Shown here one piece after another: positions 19,056 through 29,791 of a stretch of DNA of 47,649 bases (the stretch's first letter is position 1; each line of letters opens with the position of its first letter). The translations under genes were made by a program, and so were the position numbers. The notes under the pieces are model-generated. The model was given only the letters and a program-made list of their open reading frames with translations, was not told the origin of the DNA and did not search any database. The stretch is from Thermodesulfobacteriota bacterium (GTDB lineage: Bacteria; Desulfobacterota; Desulfobacteria; Desulfobacterales; SURF-7). The stretch spans positions 1 through 47,649 of the forward strand of contig JBMORA010000060.1 in NCBI GenBank assembly GCA_049320885.1. The letters run 5' to 3'.

Positions 19056-21263
19056 CTATCCATTGCCATTGCCGATTTTGGTGACCAGCGGCACCCGGAG
19101 CTTGTCGCCCGGTTGCAGGGCATTGAAATCCCTGGCTGTGTTATACTTCCGCAGCAGCCAGAAGGGTATTTCGAATTCCTTGTCGCAGAGGGACCAGATA
19201 TTGTCACCGGTTTTCACCATATAGGTGGTCACCCCGCTGATCCGATACACGGAGAAAAAATCCTCCTCCATTTCCTTGTGATACTCGTACCGTTTGGTTT
19301 CGAATTCTTCCTTGCTGATTTTGGCGATGGGAATCTGGATGCGCTGATCGATTTGTATGGGCGTGTTGAAACCGAAGTTGTTCAGCCTGCGGATGGTCTG
19401 GGTGGGAACATCGAGCCAATCGGCATAATGCCCGAGGGTTTCTTCCGCTTCGATCTTGATGGTGCCGACGGTCCGGGAACCCTTTTTGACGACTTTTTCG
19501 ATCTGGAAATCCCCGACGACAACCGCCGGATTCACCTCCGATTCACTGAGCGGTGACCCGTTTCCCTCCGCCGGGATATTCGCCGCCGGTGAGCCGTTAC
19601 CGCCCGGCGCCGCTGTTGCAGTTGCTTCCAGCGGCACATGGACCTCCTCGGGAAACAACTCCTTCCGGGTCGTCTGCTGTTCGGCCTGGACCTCCACCCC
19701 GCCGGGTTTTGGTTGAACCGCGGGTGCGGACGCCTCCTTGGGGGAGGAGGTTTCCCGGGGAGGCGCTTGCGGAGGCGTCTTTTCCGCGACGGCCGCCCGC
19801 GGTTTTGCGGGTTCCGCTTTCACGGGCGGCGGTGTTTCGCGAACCGGCTCGGTCGCGGCCGGCTTTTGGGCATCCGGGATTTTTTTCGCGAGCGACGCCA
19901 ACAGCACCGGTTGTTCAGACGGCAGCGGCATCCGCAAATTCTGTCCCACATATATTTTGGCGCTGGAGGAGAGGCCATTGGCGCTGATCAATTGAGCCAG
20001 CGTGACCCCATGGGCACGGGCGATACCGCCGGCGGTGTCGCCTTTCCTGACGCGGTAGAAACGCGTGGGCAGTTGTTTCGGGCTGATGATGGCCCCCGGC
20101 ATGCGAGCGGCGAGTTCGATCACATTCAGGCCTTCCTTTTTGGGAACCCGCAGCCTGTATCCCTTGGGTACATATTTCTGGCCGAGAAAAACCGGTTCGC
20201 GCAGGGAAAAATTCAATTCCCGAAGGGACTGGACATCGGTTTTGAAATGGTCCGCGAGCCCCTTGATGGATGCATATCCGGGCAACACCACTTCTTCAAA
20301 TTGCACGGGAGCTTCCAGGGACAAATCCCCGAAATATTTTCGATAATTTTTTGCGACCTCCAGGGCCGCCAGAAATTCCGCATAAAAATTGCGCGAGGCG
20401 AATCCGAAACTCGGGCTTTCGTATTCGCGGACGATTCTTTCGAAATCGCCTCCAAAGGCCTGTTTGGCCCGCGCCATTCCGTTTTCACCATGATTGTAGG
20501 CCGTCAAGGCCAGGGGCCAGGACCCCAGGCGCCTGTGGTTCTGCTTCAGGTAGGTGGCGGCGGCATGGGTGGCCCGGATGGGATCGCGTCGATCATCCTG
20601 CACATAATTGATGGTCATGTACCGGCGACCCGTGGAGTGGGTGAACTGCCAGATTCCGGCAGCCCCGAATTTGCTGTAGGCCTTGTAGTTGAAAGACGAT
20701 TCCACATGGGGCAGATAGGCCAGTTCCTCGGGCAATCCGTACTCCCGAAAAATCCGCTTGATTTCTCCCAGATATCTTCCGGAGCGGATCAAGCCCTCCC
20801 GGAAACGGTCCTGCTGCCCCAATTGGAAACGAACTCTCTCCTGGGCCGCTTTGAATGTTTTCCTGTCCGGATTTTTTCCAAAAAATGCCAGCACCCGTTT
20901 CTCATCCCGGGAAGCCGCTTGCTTACCGTTCGCAAGATCGGATAGAATTTTCAGGTATTTGTTTTTGGCTGCCTTGATTCTCGCCTGATTCGCCCGATCC
21001 GAGCCGCCGCGGTTCGGGTCCTCCAGATCCACGATTTCATAAATGATGTTCATCTTTCGATTATCATGGATGATGCCCTGGCGGGTGGAATATTGGGAAT
21101 AGACTTTTTTCCAAAAGGACACGGCATCCCGCAAGGACGGGTAGGACGGGAACTGCTGATCGGTACCGGCATGGACATCCGGGGTGAACGTTCCGAGCCG
21201 GATGGCCATCACCGTAAGGGTAATGAGACAAAGGGTCCCTTTTCTATTACGATCCGCTTTCAT
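19056..21263 (-). CDS. Lytic transglycosylase with LysM domains (MltD-like)
   Basis: PHVESSF, GAAGIWQF, TAYNHG. LysM repeats (YRVRKGDT, YMVKTGDNIW). Pro/Ala linker. Confidence 0.92.
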   Translation of the reverse strand: MKADRNRKGTLCLITLTVMAIRLGTFTPDVHAGTDQQFPSYPSLRDAVSFWKKVYSQYSTRQGIIHDNRKMNIIYEIVDLEDPNRGGSDRANQARIKAAKNKYLKILSDLANGKQAASRDEKRVLAFFGKNPDRKTFKAAQERVRFQLGQQDRFREGLIRSGRYLGEIKRIFREYGLPEELAYLPHVESSFNYKAYSKFGAAGIWQFTHSTGRRYMTINYVQDDRRDPIRATHAAATYLKQNHRRLGSWPLALTAYNHGENGMARAKQAFGGDFERIVREYESPSFGFASRNFYAEFLAALEVAKNYRKYFGDLSLEAPVQFEEVVLPGYASIKGLADHFKTDVQSLRELNFSLREPVFLGQKYVPKGYRLRVPKKEGLNVIELAARMPGAIISPKQLPTRFYRVRKGDTAGGIARAHGVTLAQLISANGLSSSAKIYVGQNLRMPLPSEQPVLLASLAKKIPDAQKPAATEPVRETPPPVKAEPAKPRAAVAEKTPPQAPPRETSSPKEASAPAVQPKPGGVEVQAEQQTTRKELFPEEVHVPLEATATAAPGGNGSPAANIPAEGNGSPLSESEVNPAVVVGDFQIEKVVKKGSRTVGTIKIEAEETLGHYADWLDVPTQTIRRLNNFGFNTPIQIDQRIQIPIAKISKEEFETKRYEYHKEMEEDFFSVYRISGVTTYMVKTGDNIWSLCDKEFEIPFWLLRKYNTARDFNALQPGDKLRVPLVTKIGNGNG

Positions 21264-21369
21264 ATCCCTCCCGACATGTGTTCTGGAAACAGTTCTGCCT
21301 GAAATTCATATATCCCGGAGCTTCTACATGAAAATCACCGTCCATGCAATCCCTATCCGCATAAACACC

Positions 21370-23055
21370 TCAGATCCGTGTCAATTGGCGATATTTGATG
21401 CGATGCGGCTGATCCGCCGCCGGGCCCAGCCGTTTTTTCCGGTCGGCTTCATAATCGGAATAGTTGCCTTCAAACCAGTACACCTGACTTTCCCCTTCAA
21501 AGGCAAGGATATGCGTCGCCAGACGATCCAGAAACCAGCGGTCATGGGTGATCACCACGGCGCAGCCGGCAAAATTCTCCAGGGCCTCTTCCAGGGCCCG
21601 CATGGTGTTGACATCCAGATCATTGGTCGGTTCGTCCAGCAACAACACATTGGCGCCGGACTTGAGCATGCGGGCCAGGTGGACCCGGTTGCGTTCCCCG
21701 CCGGACAACATGCCCACTTTTTTCTGCTGATCGGTTCCGGAGAAATTGAACCGGGAGACATAGGCTCTCGATTTCACCATGTTTTTACCAAGCTCAAGAA
21801 TTTCCTGGCCGTCCGAGATCATTTCCCAGATGGTCTTTTCCGGATCCAGGACATCCCGGCTCTGGTCCACATAGGCAAGCTTGACCGTATCACCGATCCG
21901 GATGGTGCCGGAGTCGGCTTTTTCCTGGCCGGTGATCATGCGGAACAGGGTGGTTTTCCCGGCACCGTTGGGGCCGATGATTCCGACTATGCCGCCAGGT
22001 GGCAGGGAAAAATTGATGTTTTCCATCAACAAGCCGTTTTCAAAGCCCTTGGTGAGGTTTTCGGCCTGGATGACGATATTGCCGAGCCGGGGTCCGGGTG
22101 GAATAAAAATTTCCAATTCATTGGCCCTTTTCTGGCTCTCCTGGGAAAGCAGATTCTCATAGGCGCTGATCCGGGCCTTGGATTTGCTCCGACGGGCCTT
22201 GGGTGTCATCCGAATCCATTCCAGTTCGCGCTGCAGCGTCTTCTGGCGCTGACTTTCGCTCTTTTCCTCATTTTCCAGGCGGGACTGCTTCTGTTCCAAC
22301 CAAGAAGAATAATTACCTTTCCATGGTATTCCGCGGCCGCGATCCAGTTCCAGAATCCAACCGGCGACATTGTCCAGGAAATACCGGTCATGGGTGACGG
22401 CGATAACCGTGCCCGCATACTGCTGCAGATGATGTTCCAGCCAGGCGACGGTTTCCGCATCCAGATGGTTGGTCGGTTCATCCAGCAACAGAATGTCCGG
22501 TTTCTGGAGCAGCAGCCGGCAAAGGGCCACCCGTCTTTTTTCCCCGCCGGAAAGCACCTTTACGGAAGTATCGCCGGGAGGGCAACGCAGGGCATCCATG
22601 GCCATTTCCAGCCGGCTGTCCAAATCCCAGGCATCCAGCGCATCCAGCTTCTCCTGGACAACGCCCTGACGCTCGATGAGTTTTTCCATCTCGTCGTCGC
22701 CCATGGGTTCGGAAAATCTCTCGGTCAGCCGGTTAAATTCCTTCAATAGATCAACGATTCCCTGTACGGATTCCTCCACGATCTCCCGGACGGTTTTGTT
22801 CGGGTCCAGCCGGGGTTCCTGCTCCAGAAAACCCACCGTATAGCCGGCGGAGAGGATCGTCTCGCCGACATATTCCTTGTCTTCACCGGCCATGATGCGC
22901 AGCAGGGTGCTTTTTCCCGACCCGTTCAGGCCCAGCACGCCGATCTTGGCGCCGTAAAAGTAAGAAAGGGAAATATCCTGCAAAACCGGTTTTTTGTCGT
23001 GGTAACGGCCCACTTTCATCATGGTATAAATTACTTTGTTGCCTGGCGTACTCAT
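21370..23055 (-). CDS. ettA: Energy-dependent translational throttle protein EttA
   Basis: [51 protein letters not shown]. Confidence 0.95.
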   Translation of the reverse strand: MSTPGNKVIYTMMKVGRYHDKKPVLQDISLSYFYGAKIGVLGLNGSGKSTLLRIMAGEDKEYVGETILSAGYTVGFLEQEPRLDPNKTVREIVEESVQGIVDLLKEFNRLTERFSEPMGDDEMEKLIERQGVVQEKLDALDAWDLDSRLEMAMDALRCPPGDTSVKVLSGGEKRRVALCRLLLQKPDILLLDEPTNHLDAETVAWLEHHLQQYAGTVIAVTHDRYFLDNVAGWILELDRGRGIPWKGNYSSWLEQKQSRLENEEKSESQRQKTLQRELEWIRMTPKARRSKSKARISAYENLLSQESQKRANELEIFIPPGPRLGNIVIQAENLTKGFENGLLMENINFSLPPGGIVGIIGPNGAGKTTLFRMITGQEKADSGTIRIGDTVKLAYVDQSRDVLDPEKTIWEMISDGQEILELGKNMVKSRAYVSRFNFSGTDQQKKVGMLSGGERNRVHLARMLKSGANVLLLDEPTNDLDVNTMRALEEALENFAGCAVVITHDRWFLDRLATHILAFEGESQVYWFEGNYSDYEADRKKRLGPAADQPHRIKYRQLTRI

Positions 23056-23240
23056 ATCTTCCATCTCCAAATTTCAGATTGGTTTATCGGGCAAACGCGG
23101 ATAAACACCATACTCTTGACCGGCGGCGGTGATCAACAAAAATTTTCAATGGAAAGGCATATCCTTCAAAGATCAAAGCAAGTTATTTACAACCGTCCCG
23201 AAAGACGCTACCCTTGCGCAACAAAAAGGAATTCGGAACC

Positions 23241-24455
23241 ATGCTGGCGGGTACTATTTTTTTTCTGACCTATGTGGGAGTGGCCCTTGGCCGCATACCG
23301 GGTCTGACCATCGATCGTACGGGCATAGCCTTACTGGGCGCCATCGGCATGATCGTCAGCGGGGTCGTACCCGTCGAAACGGCGGTCCAGTCCATCGACG
23401 TTCCCACGATTCTGCTGCTCTATGCCTTGATGGTGATTTCCGCCCAGTTGCGCCTGGGCGGTTTTTACACCTGGACCGCTCTCCGCATGACGACTTTTTT
23501 GAGGAAACCCCGGTTGTTTTTGCTGTACAGCATGCTCATCAGCGCCTTGCTGTCCGCGTTTCTGGCCAATGACATCATCTGTCTGGCGTTCACACCGGTG
23601 ATTGCCACCGTCCTGTTGAATGTCGGCCTGAATCCCCTGCCTTTTCTGTTGGGACTGGCGGTTTCCAGCAATATCGGTTCCGCGGCAACCATCATCGGCA
23701 ACCCCCAGAACATGCTCATCGGTCAGGTGGGACAGCTGCATTTCAGCGATTTTTTATCCTGGTGTGGACCGCCTTCCCTGCTGGCTCTCGGCGCCGCCTA
23801 CCTGCTTATCGCGATCTCGTACCGCGGGCATTTCGTCACAACCCCGACAGCGGAACAACTGGAGGGAAAAAGTCAGTGGCCGGCCTTTAACGCCTGGCAG
23901 AGTTTCAAGGGGCTTTCGGCCATCATCCTGCTGATTTTCCTCTTCTTCACTCCCATCCAGCGGGAGCTGTCAGCCATCGGACTGGCCGGAATCCTGCTGT
24001 GCAGCCGCAAGATGAAATCGCGCCATATGCTGGAACTGATCGACTGGCACCTGATCACCCTTTTCTGCGCCCTGTTCATAGTCAACCAGGGATTGGCCAT
24101 GGCGAACATCCCGGAAAGACTGATGACGGACCTGGCCGGGCAGGGCCTGAATATGCACCATCCCGCCATGCTCACCGGCCTGTCGGCCCTGCTCAGCAAT
24201 ATCGTCAGCAATGTTCCGGCCGTGATGCTGCTGATTCAGTTTCTGGACCCCGGCAACCCCCTGGAATGGTATGTGCTGGCGGTGTCGAGCACCTTTGCGG
24301 GAAATCTCTTTGTCATCGGCAGCATCGCGAACCTGATCGTCATCGAGCAGGCGCGGAATTTCGGCATCGAGATCGGCTTTCAAAAACATCTGGTCGTCGG
24401 CGTTCCGGTGACCCTGATGTCCCTGGCCATTCTGATCGCTTGGATTTATCTATAG
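23241..24455 (+). CDS. ArsB/NhaD (ion transporter superfamily) anion transporter
   Basis: DRTGIALLGA, SAFLAND, SNIGSAATIIGNPQN, SNVPAV, STFAGN, GSIANLIV. Confidence 0.9.
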   Translation: MLAGTIFFLTYVGVALGRIPGLTIDRTGIALLGAIGMIVSGVVPVETAVQSIDVPTILLLYALMVISAQLRLGGFYTWTALRMTTFLRKPRLFLLYSMLISALLSAFLANDIICLAFTPVIATVLLNVGLNPLPFLLGLAVSSNIGSAATIIGNPQNMLIGQVGQLHFSDFLSWCGPPSLLALGAAYLLIAISYRGHFVTTPTAEQLEGKSQWPAFNAWQSFKGLSAIILLIFLFFTPIQRELSAIGLAGILLCSRKMKSRHMLELIDWHLITLFCALFIVNQGLAMANIPERLMTDLAGQGLNMHHPAMLTGLSALLSNIVSNVPAVMLLIQFLDPGNPLEWYVLAVSSTFAGNLFVIGSIANLIVIEQARNFGIEIGFQKHLVVGVPVTLMSLAILIAWIYL

Positions 24456-24476
24456 TTGAATCGGAAACATACGGAT

Positions 24477-25769
24477 ATGAACCTCACCGCTTCCCCGGAC
24501 CTGATGCGCAAAGCGCTGCGCTACCGCTGGTTGATCTTTTCCCTGTTGTCCGCAAGCTACATCCTGGTATATTTCCATCGCACCTGTCCGGCCGTTCTGG
24601 CCATGGAGATCATGCGCGACCTGAAAACCGGCGGCACCCTCACCGGCCTTCTCGGCGCAGCATATTTCTATCCCTATGCCCTCATGCAGCTTCCGGCGGG
24701 GCTCTTGTCCGATTCCTGGGGGCCGCGAAAAACCATCACCCTCTTTTTTTTCGTGGCCTTCATCGGTTCCATGGTGCTGGGCCTTTCGCCGTCGGTTTCC
24801 TGGGCGATTGTCGGCAGGACCCTGGTGGGCGCGGGGGTCGCCATGTTATTCGTGCCCACCATGAAAATCCTGGCCGAATGGTTTCACCGGAACGAATTCG
24901 CACGGATGACAGGGCTCCTCATGGCCATGGGGGGCGTCGGCTCCCTGAGCGCGGCCGTACCGCTGGTCTGGCTCAGTACCTGGATCGGCTGGCGGAATTC
25001 ATTCATCGCCATCGGCCTGTTCACCCTGATTCTTGCCTTGCTGGTCTGGATTTTTGTGCGCAACCGCCCATCCGATTTTCACTGGCCTTCCCCGGCGGAA
25101 ACCGAATCCTCCGGCAAACAGGCCATCGGCCTGCTCCAGGGTATCGGTCAGGTTGTCGCCTGCCCGCCGTTCTGGGTGCTGGCGGTCTGGTTTTTTTTCA
25201 ACTGCGGTATCTTTTTCTCCTTTGCCGGATTATGGGGCGGCCCTTTTCTGCAGAACCTCTACGGCATGGACAAAGTCGAATCCGGCAACATTCTCTCCAT
25301 GCCGGCCATGGGGATGGTGCTGGGCAGCCCTTTCCTGAGTTTTCTGTCGGACAGGGTATTCCGGGCGCGGAAAACCGTCCTGCTGATTTCCGGCGGCGGG
25401 TTGATCTTCCTGACGGGAATGCTGGCTTTTTATACAGACAAGATTCCGGTGCCGGGATTGTACCTGATCTATTTTTTCATGGGACTCTTTGCCAGCGCCG
25501 TCGTGGTCATCGCTTTCACGATGAACAAGGAATTGTTTCCCGTCCGGATAGCGGGAACCGCCACCGGCCTCATCAACCTTTTCCCGTTCGTCGGCGGCGC
25601 CGTTTTTCAACCCCTGCTGGGCCATATTTTGGAAAAACACGGTAGACTGGACGGCGCCTTTACCCTGGCCGGGTACCGGTCCGCTTTTCTGCTGCTGTTC
25701 GTTTCCAGCCTGGTGGCCTTCGGAGCCGCCTGGCTGAGCAAGGAAACGCTGATAGTTAAGAAATCGTGA
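24477..25769 (+). CDS. MFS transporter
   Basis: About 12 TMs. Motif A GLLSDSWGPRK and LSDRVFRARK. Confidence 0.92.
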   Translation: MNLTASPDLMRKALRYRWLIFSLLSASYILVYFHRTCPAVLAMEIMRDLKTGGTLTGLLGAAYFYPYALMQLPAGLLSDSWGPRKTITLFFFVAFIGSMVLGLSPSVSWAIVGRTLVGAGVAMLFVPTMKILAEWFHRNEFARMTGLLMAMGGVGSLSAAVPLVWLSTWIGWRNSFIAIGLFTLILALLVWIFVRNRPSDFHWPSPAETESSGKQAIGLLQGIGQVVACPPFWVLAVWFFFNCGIFFSFAGLWGGPFLQNLYGMDKVESGNILSMPAMGMVLGSPFLSFLSDRVFRARKTVLLISGGGLIFLTGMLAFYTDKIPVPGLYLIYFFMGLFASAVVVIAFTMNKELFPVRIAGTATGLINLFPFVGGAVFQPLLGHILEKHGRLDGAFTLAGYRSAFLLLFVSSLVAFGAAWLSKETLIVKKS

Positions 25770-25830
25770 TATTGCGCACCATCCATGCCCGGCGCTCGCC
25801 GCCGGGCCGGATAAAATGGAGGGATTCCGG

Positions 25831-26598
25831 ATGAATGTCATCACCGCCAAAAACCATCGCATCACCACCATCACCATCAACCGGCCCGAGGTCCGCAACG
25901 CCGTTGACGGCGCCACCGCCGCGGAACTGGCGGCCGCGTTCCGATCCTTCGAGAATGACGCGCAGGCCGATGTGGCCATTCTGACGGGATCGGGAGGGCA
26001 TTTCTGTGCCGGCGCCGATCTGAAAGCCATCAGCGGGAATCTGCGGCCCAACCGGCTTTCCGATACCGGCGACGGGCCCATGGGACCATCCCGAATGGTC
26101 CTTACCAAACCCGTTATCGCCGCGGTGGCCGGATATGCCGTGGCCGGGGGACTGGAACTGGCTTGCTGGTGTGACCTCCGGGTTGTGGAAAAAAACGCGG
26201 TCTTCGGCGTCTTCTGCCGGCGCTGGGGCGTTCCCCTGATCGACGGCGGCACCATCCGTCTGCCCCGCCTGATTGGACTCAGTCGCGCACTTGACCTCAT
26301 TCTCACGGGCCGCCCCGTGGGGGCGGACGAAGCCATGGCCATGGGCCTGGCCAATCGTGTGGTGGAAGACGGGGCCTCGCTGGGAGAAGCGGAAAAGCTG
26401 GCCCTGGAAATGACGAAATTTCCCCAGACCTGTCTTCGGAACGACCGTCTGAGCGCCTACGAACAATTCGGCCTGGATCTGGAATCAGCCCTGGGAAACG
26501 AATTCAGCCATGGGATAGCCACCATCCAGAGCGCCGAATCCCTTGCCGGGGCCAGACGGTTTGCCGACGGCAAAGGCCGGCACGGTTCTTTCGAATGA
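25831..26598 (+). CDS. Enoyl-CoA hydratase/crotonase family protein
   Basis: INRPEVRNA, FCAGADL, KPVIAAVAGYAVAGGLELA, GVFCRRWGVPLIDGG. Confidence 0.93.
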   Translation: MNVITAKNHRITTITINRPEVRNAVDGATAAELAAAFRSFENDAQADVAILTGSGGHFCAGADLKAISGNLRPNRLSDTGDGPMGPSRMVLTKPVIAAVAGYAVAGGLELACWCDLRVVEKNAVFGVFCRRWGVPLIDGGTIRLPRLIGLSRALDLILTGRPVGADEAMAMGLANRVVEDGASLGEAEKLALEMTKFPQTCLRNDRLSAYEQFGLDLESALGNEFSHGIATIQSAESLAGARRFADGKGRHGSFE

Positions 26599-26649
26599 CA
26601 TTGGTGGATTCGCGAAACCGCCGGGAAGTGACTCCCCATGCCGGCGGTG

Positions 26650-27072
26650 TCAAATCCATCCGCCGGCGGAGCGCCGCCGCTCGTATGCGAATCCATCGGC
26701 GTGCTGGGGGAAAAAAATTGTCAACTTGGCTTGTTGCCTGGGTGTCAATTTCTCAAATTTCATGCCGCACTGCCGCATGGGAGCGGGTTCCTCCCTTGAA
26801 AACAGATAACAGGGCTCATCCCACATCAGGGTGGCTTCTATGTCGGATAGATAAAAACCATTATCCGCGAGCAGCATGTCCAGTCCGCGAACGGAGCCCG
26901 GTGTCAGCCGATGATCCAGATAACAAAGAGCCAGTCCCCCCATGCTGAGATCCATGATCTGTCCGACCTTGAACCGCGGATATTTGATAATGGCGAAGGC
27001 GTCGGCCGGCACTTTGAAACGATGATGTTTTCTGCGATCCGGACTGAAAAGTCGATCTGATACGGCGGTCAT
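26650..27072 (-). CDS. PilZ domain protein
   Basis: RxxxR (RKHHR) and DxSxGG (DLSMGG) motifs. CGMKF. Confidence 0.88.
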   Translation of the reverse strand: MTAVSDRLFSPDRRKHHRFKVPADAFAIIKYPRFKVGQIMDLSMGGLALCYLDHRLTPGSVRGLDMLLADNGFYLSDIEATLMWDEPCYLFSREEPAPMRQCGMKFEKLTPRQQAKLTIFFPQHADGFAYERRRSAGGWI

Positions 27073-27387
27073 TTTTCACCTCCCCTCGGTTGTTTGTTGA
27101 CGAACAGTGCCGATCGGGTTTATGACTCAAGCAAAATCGCTTCCCAAAGGTCTACTGATAACGCTGGAAAGGAATTCGTCGCGCTTGAAAACAGTGTCGT
27201 GTTACCGGCTTGAACAATCGGCGAAGCGTAGCGGGAAGAGAAGGAATGCAGCGTTAACTGTATTGAATTTTTTAACGGTAATAGATTAACGGATAAATTT
27301 CAAGATAAAAGATTACCTCAGGATGATCATGCGGTGGTCTGGCTGGAAAACCGGCCTGTATGTCATCCGACCTGAAAGCGAGCGGGA

Positions 27388-28335
27388 ATGGAAAAGAAAA
27401 CCCCCAAGACCGATAACTGCCACACGAAAATCGACAGCCTCACCAACATCCGCGAAAAACTGCCGGAAATCACCGAATCCATCATTCGAAACTGCAATGA
27501 TGACCAGTGCTATACCCACATCAACGGTGAAGCGATCCCGTCCAGGAATTCCGTCATCGAGATCATCGATCGCATCCGGGATATCCTGTTTCCGGGATAT
27601 TTCGGCAATGAAAAATTGGAACAGATCAATCTCGGATACAGCATGGGACGATCCGTCTATATATTGTTCGACATGCTCGCCGGGCAGATCACCAACAGCG
27701 TGCGTCACGATTGCCTCCGGTATGAACAGGATTGCCGCGATTGCACGGAACTCGGTCACCGCCTGGCAATTTGTTTTCTGGAGAAAGTGCCGGAAATCCG
27801 CATCTCGCTGGCCGCGGACATCCGGGCCGCCTATGAAGGGGATCCGGCGGCCAAAAGCTATGATGAAATCATATTCAGTTACCCGGGGTTATACGCCATC
27901 ACCGTTTACCGCATCGCCCACGAACTCTACCGGTTGGAGGTCCCCATGATCCCCCGCATCATGACCGAACATGCCCATAGCATCACCGGGATCGACATTC
28001 ATCCGGGCGCCACCATCGGGAAAAGTTTTGTCATTGATCACGGCACCGGCGTGGTGATCGGAGAAACCTCTGAAATCGGGGACAATGTCCGCATTTACCA
28101 GGGAGTGACGCTGGGCGCGCTTTCCCTGCCCAAGGAGGCGGTTGAAGGCCTGAAGGGCAAGAAGCGCCACCCGACCATCCAGGATGACGTCGTGATCTAC
28201 GCCAATGCCACGATTCTGGGAGGGGATACGGTTATCGGCAAAGGTTCCGTTATCGGCGGCAACGTCTGGTTGACCAATTCGGTCCCCGGTGATACGAAAG
28301 TCGTTCTGGAAGCACCCCGGTTGATCTTCGCCTGA
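27388..28335 (+). CDS. cysE: Serine O-acetyltransferase
   Basis: [39 protein letters not shown]. Confidence 0.93.
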   Translation: MEKKTPKTDNCHTKIDSLTNIREKLPEITESIIRNCNDDQCYTHINGEAIPSRNSVIEIIDRIRDILFPGYFGNEKLEQINLGYSMGRSVYILFDMLAGQITNSVRHDCLRYEQDCRDCTELGHRLAICFLEKVPEIRISLAADIRAAYEGDPAAKSYDEIIFSYPGLYAITVYRIAHELYRLEVPMIPRIMTEHAHSITGIDIHPGATIGKSFVIDHGTGVVIGETSEIGDNVRIYQGVTLGALSLPKEAVEGLKGKKRHPTIQDDVVIYANATILGGDTVIGKGSVIGGNVWLTNSVPGDTKVVLEAPRLIFA

Positions 28336-28368
28336 TACAACCGTTCACCGAAAGACTGAGCAGCAAGC

Positions 28369-29751
28369 ATGGCCGAGCAGATTTTCACCAAAACATCCCG
28401 GATTGAGGCCCTTCCGCAAACCGTTTTCCAATGGCATGTCAGGCCCGGCGCCCTGGAACGTCTAACGCCGCCCTGGGAGTCCGTTACCATGCTGGAAAAG
28501 ACCGGACAGGGGATCGAAACGGGCGCACGGGTGAGATTCCGTATCAAAACCGGTCCGTTCAACTCCGATTGGATTGCAGAGCATACGGAATTCATAGAAA
28601 ATGAAATGTTCCGGGACCGGCAGGCCAAAGGGCCCTTCGCGCAATGGGAGCATACCCACCGGTTTCATCCTGCCGGGGAAACCGCCTGTCTGCTGGAGGA
28701 CACCATCCGCTATCGGCTGCCCATGGCTCCTTTCGGTCCCCTCGCGGCCGGACGGTTTGTCAAGCGCAAGCTGGAACGTATGTTCACCTACCGACATGCC
28801 ATCACCCGCCTGGACATCGCCGATCACCAGGCGGCTGCTCCTTTCGGCCCCATGAACGTCCTGATATCCGGAGCCAGCGGGTTGGTCGGCTCGGCGCTGA
28901 TACCCTTTCTGACCACCGGCGGCCACCGGGTGACAAGGCTTGTCCGCCGGAAAACCGAAGGTGCCGCCGATGAAGTCTTCTGGGATCCGGCTGCCGGCCG
29001 GCTGGATACCGGCAATTTGTCGGGAATCGATACCATTATCCACCTGTCCGGTGAAAACATCGGCGAAGGTCGCTGGACCCCCGAAAAAAAACGTGAAATC
29101 CTGGAAAGCCGGATTCGCGGCACGTCACTGATCGCCGAAACCGCCGCCAAATTGACCCCGCGCCCGAAAGTGCTGGTATGCGCATCGGCCATCGGGTACT
29201 ACGGAAACCGGGGCGAATGTCTGCTGTCGGAAACCGATCAGGCCGGAGGCGATTTCATCTCCATGGTCTGCTCGGAATGGGAGAAAGCCGCCCAACCGGC
29301 GGCGGCAAAAGGAATCCGGGTGGTGTTCGCCAGAATCGGGATTGCGTTGACTCCGGCGGGAGGTGCCCTGAAAAAGCTCCTGCCGCCGTTTCAACTGGGT
29401 TTTGGCGGGAAAATCGCTTCTGGCGAACAATACATGAGCTGGATCAGCATGGATGATGTCGTCGGCGCCATCCATTTTCTGGCCACCCGGCCGGAAGTGG
29501 AAGGCCCCGTCAACCTGGTGGCGCCCGAGCCCGTGACGAATCGGGAATTCACCCGGATACTGGCCGAAACCTTCCGGCGCCCGGCGCCGTTCACCGTTCC
29601 CTCCTTTGCCATCCACCTGATGTTCGGCGAAATGGGCAAGGAAATACCGCTGTCCAGCACCAGGGTGACCCCTTCCGTCCTGCTGGAACGCGGGTATCGC
29701 TTCCGGCACCCGGAACTTACCGGCGCCCTGGCGCATCTGCTGGGAACATGA
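28369..29751 (+). CDS. TIGR01777-family NAD-dependent epimerase with N-terminal SRPBCC domain
   Basis: ERLTPPW, FRDRQAKGPF.WEHTH, then ISGASGLVG, SAIGYYG, SWISMDD. Confidence 0.9.
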   Translation: MAEQIFTKTSRIEALPQTVFQWHVRPGALERLTPPWESVTMLEKTGQGIETGARVRFRIKTGPFNSDWIAEHTEFIENEMFRDRQAKGPFAQWEHTHRFHPAGETACLLEDTIRYRLPMAPFGPLAAGRFVKRKLERMFTYRHAITRLDIADHQAAAPFGPMNVLISGASGLVGSALIPFLTTGGHRVTRLVRRKTEGAADEVFWDPAAGRLDTGNLSGIDTIIHLSGENIGEGRWTPEKKREILESRIRGTSLIAETAAKLTPRPKVLVCASAIGYYGNRGECLLSETDQAGGDFISMVCSEWEKAAQPAAAKGIRVVFARIGIALTPAGGALKKLLPPFQLGFGGKIASGEQYMSWISMDDVVGAIHFLATRPEVEGPVNLVAPEPVTNREFTRILAETFRRPAPFTVPSFAIHLMFGEMGKEIPLSSTRVTPSVLLERGYRFRHPELTGALAHLLGT

Positions 29752-29791
29752 TGATGCCAACCACCCAACCATCCGTCACAGAAAGTATCCG

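Noticed and set aside
27130..27146. Possible sigma-54 promoter upstream of the PilZ gene
   Set aside because: GG-N10-GC spacing fits, but the -24 box (GGGAAG) is a poor match.
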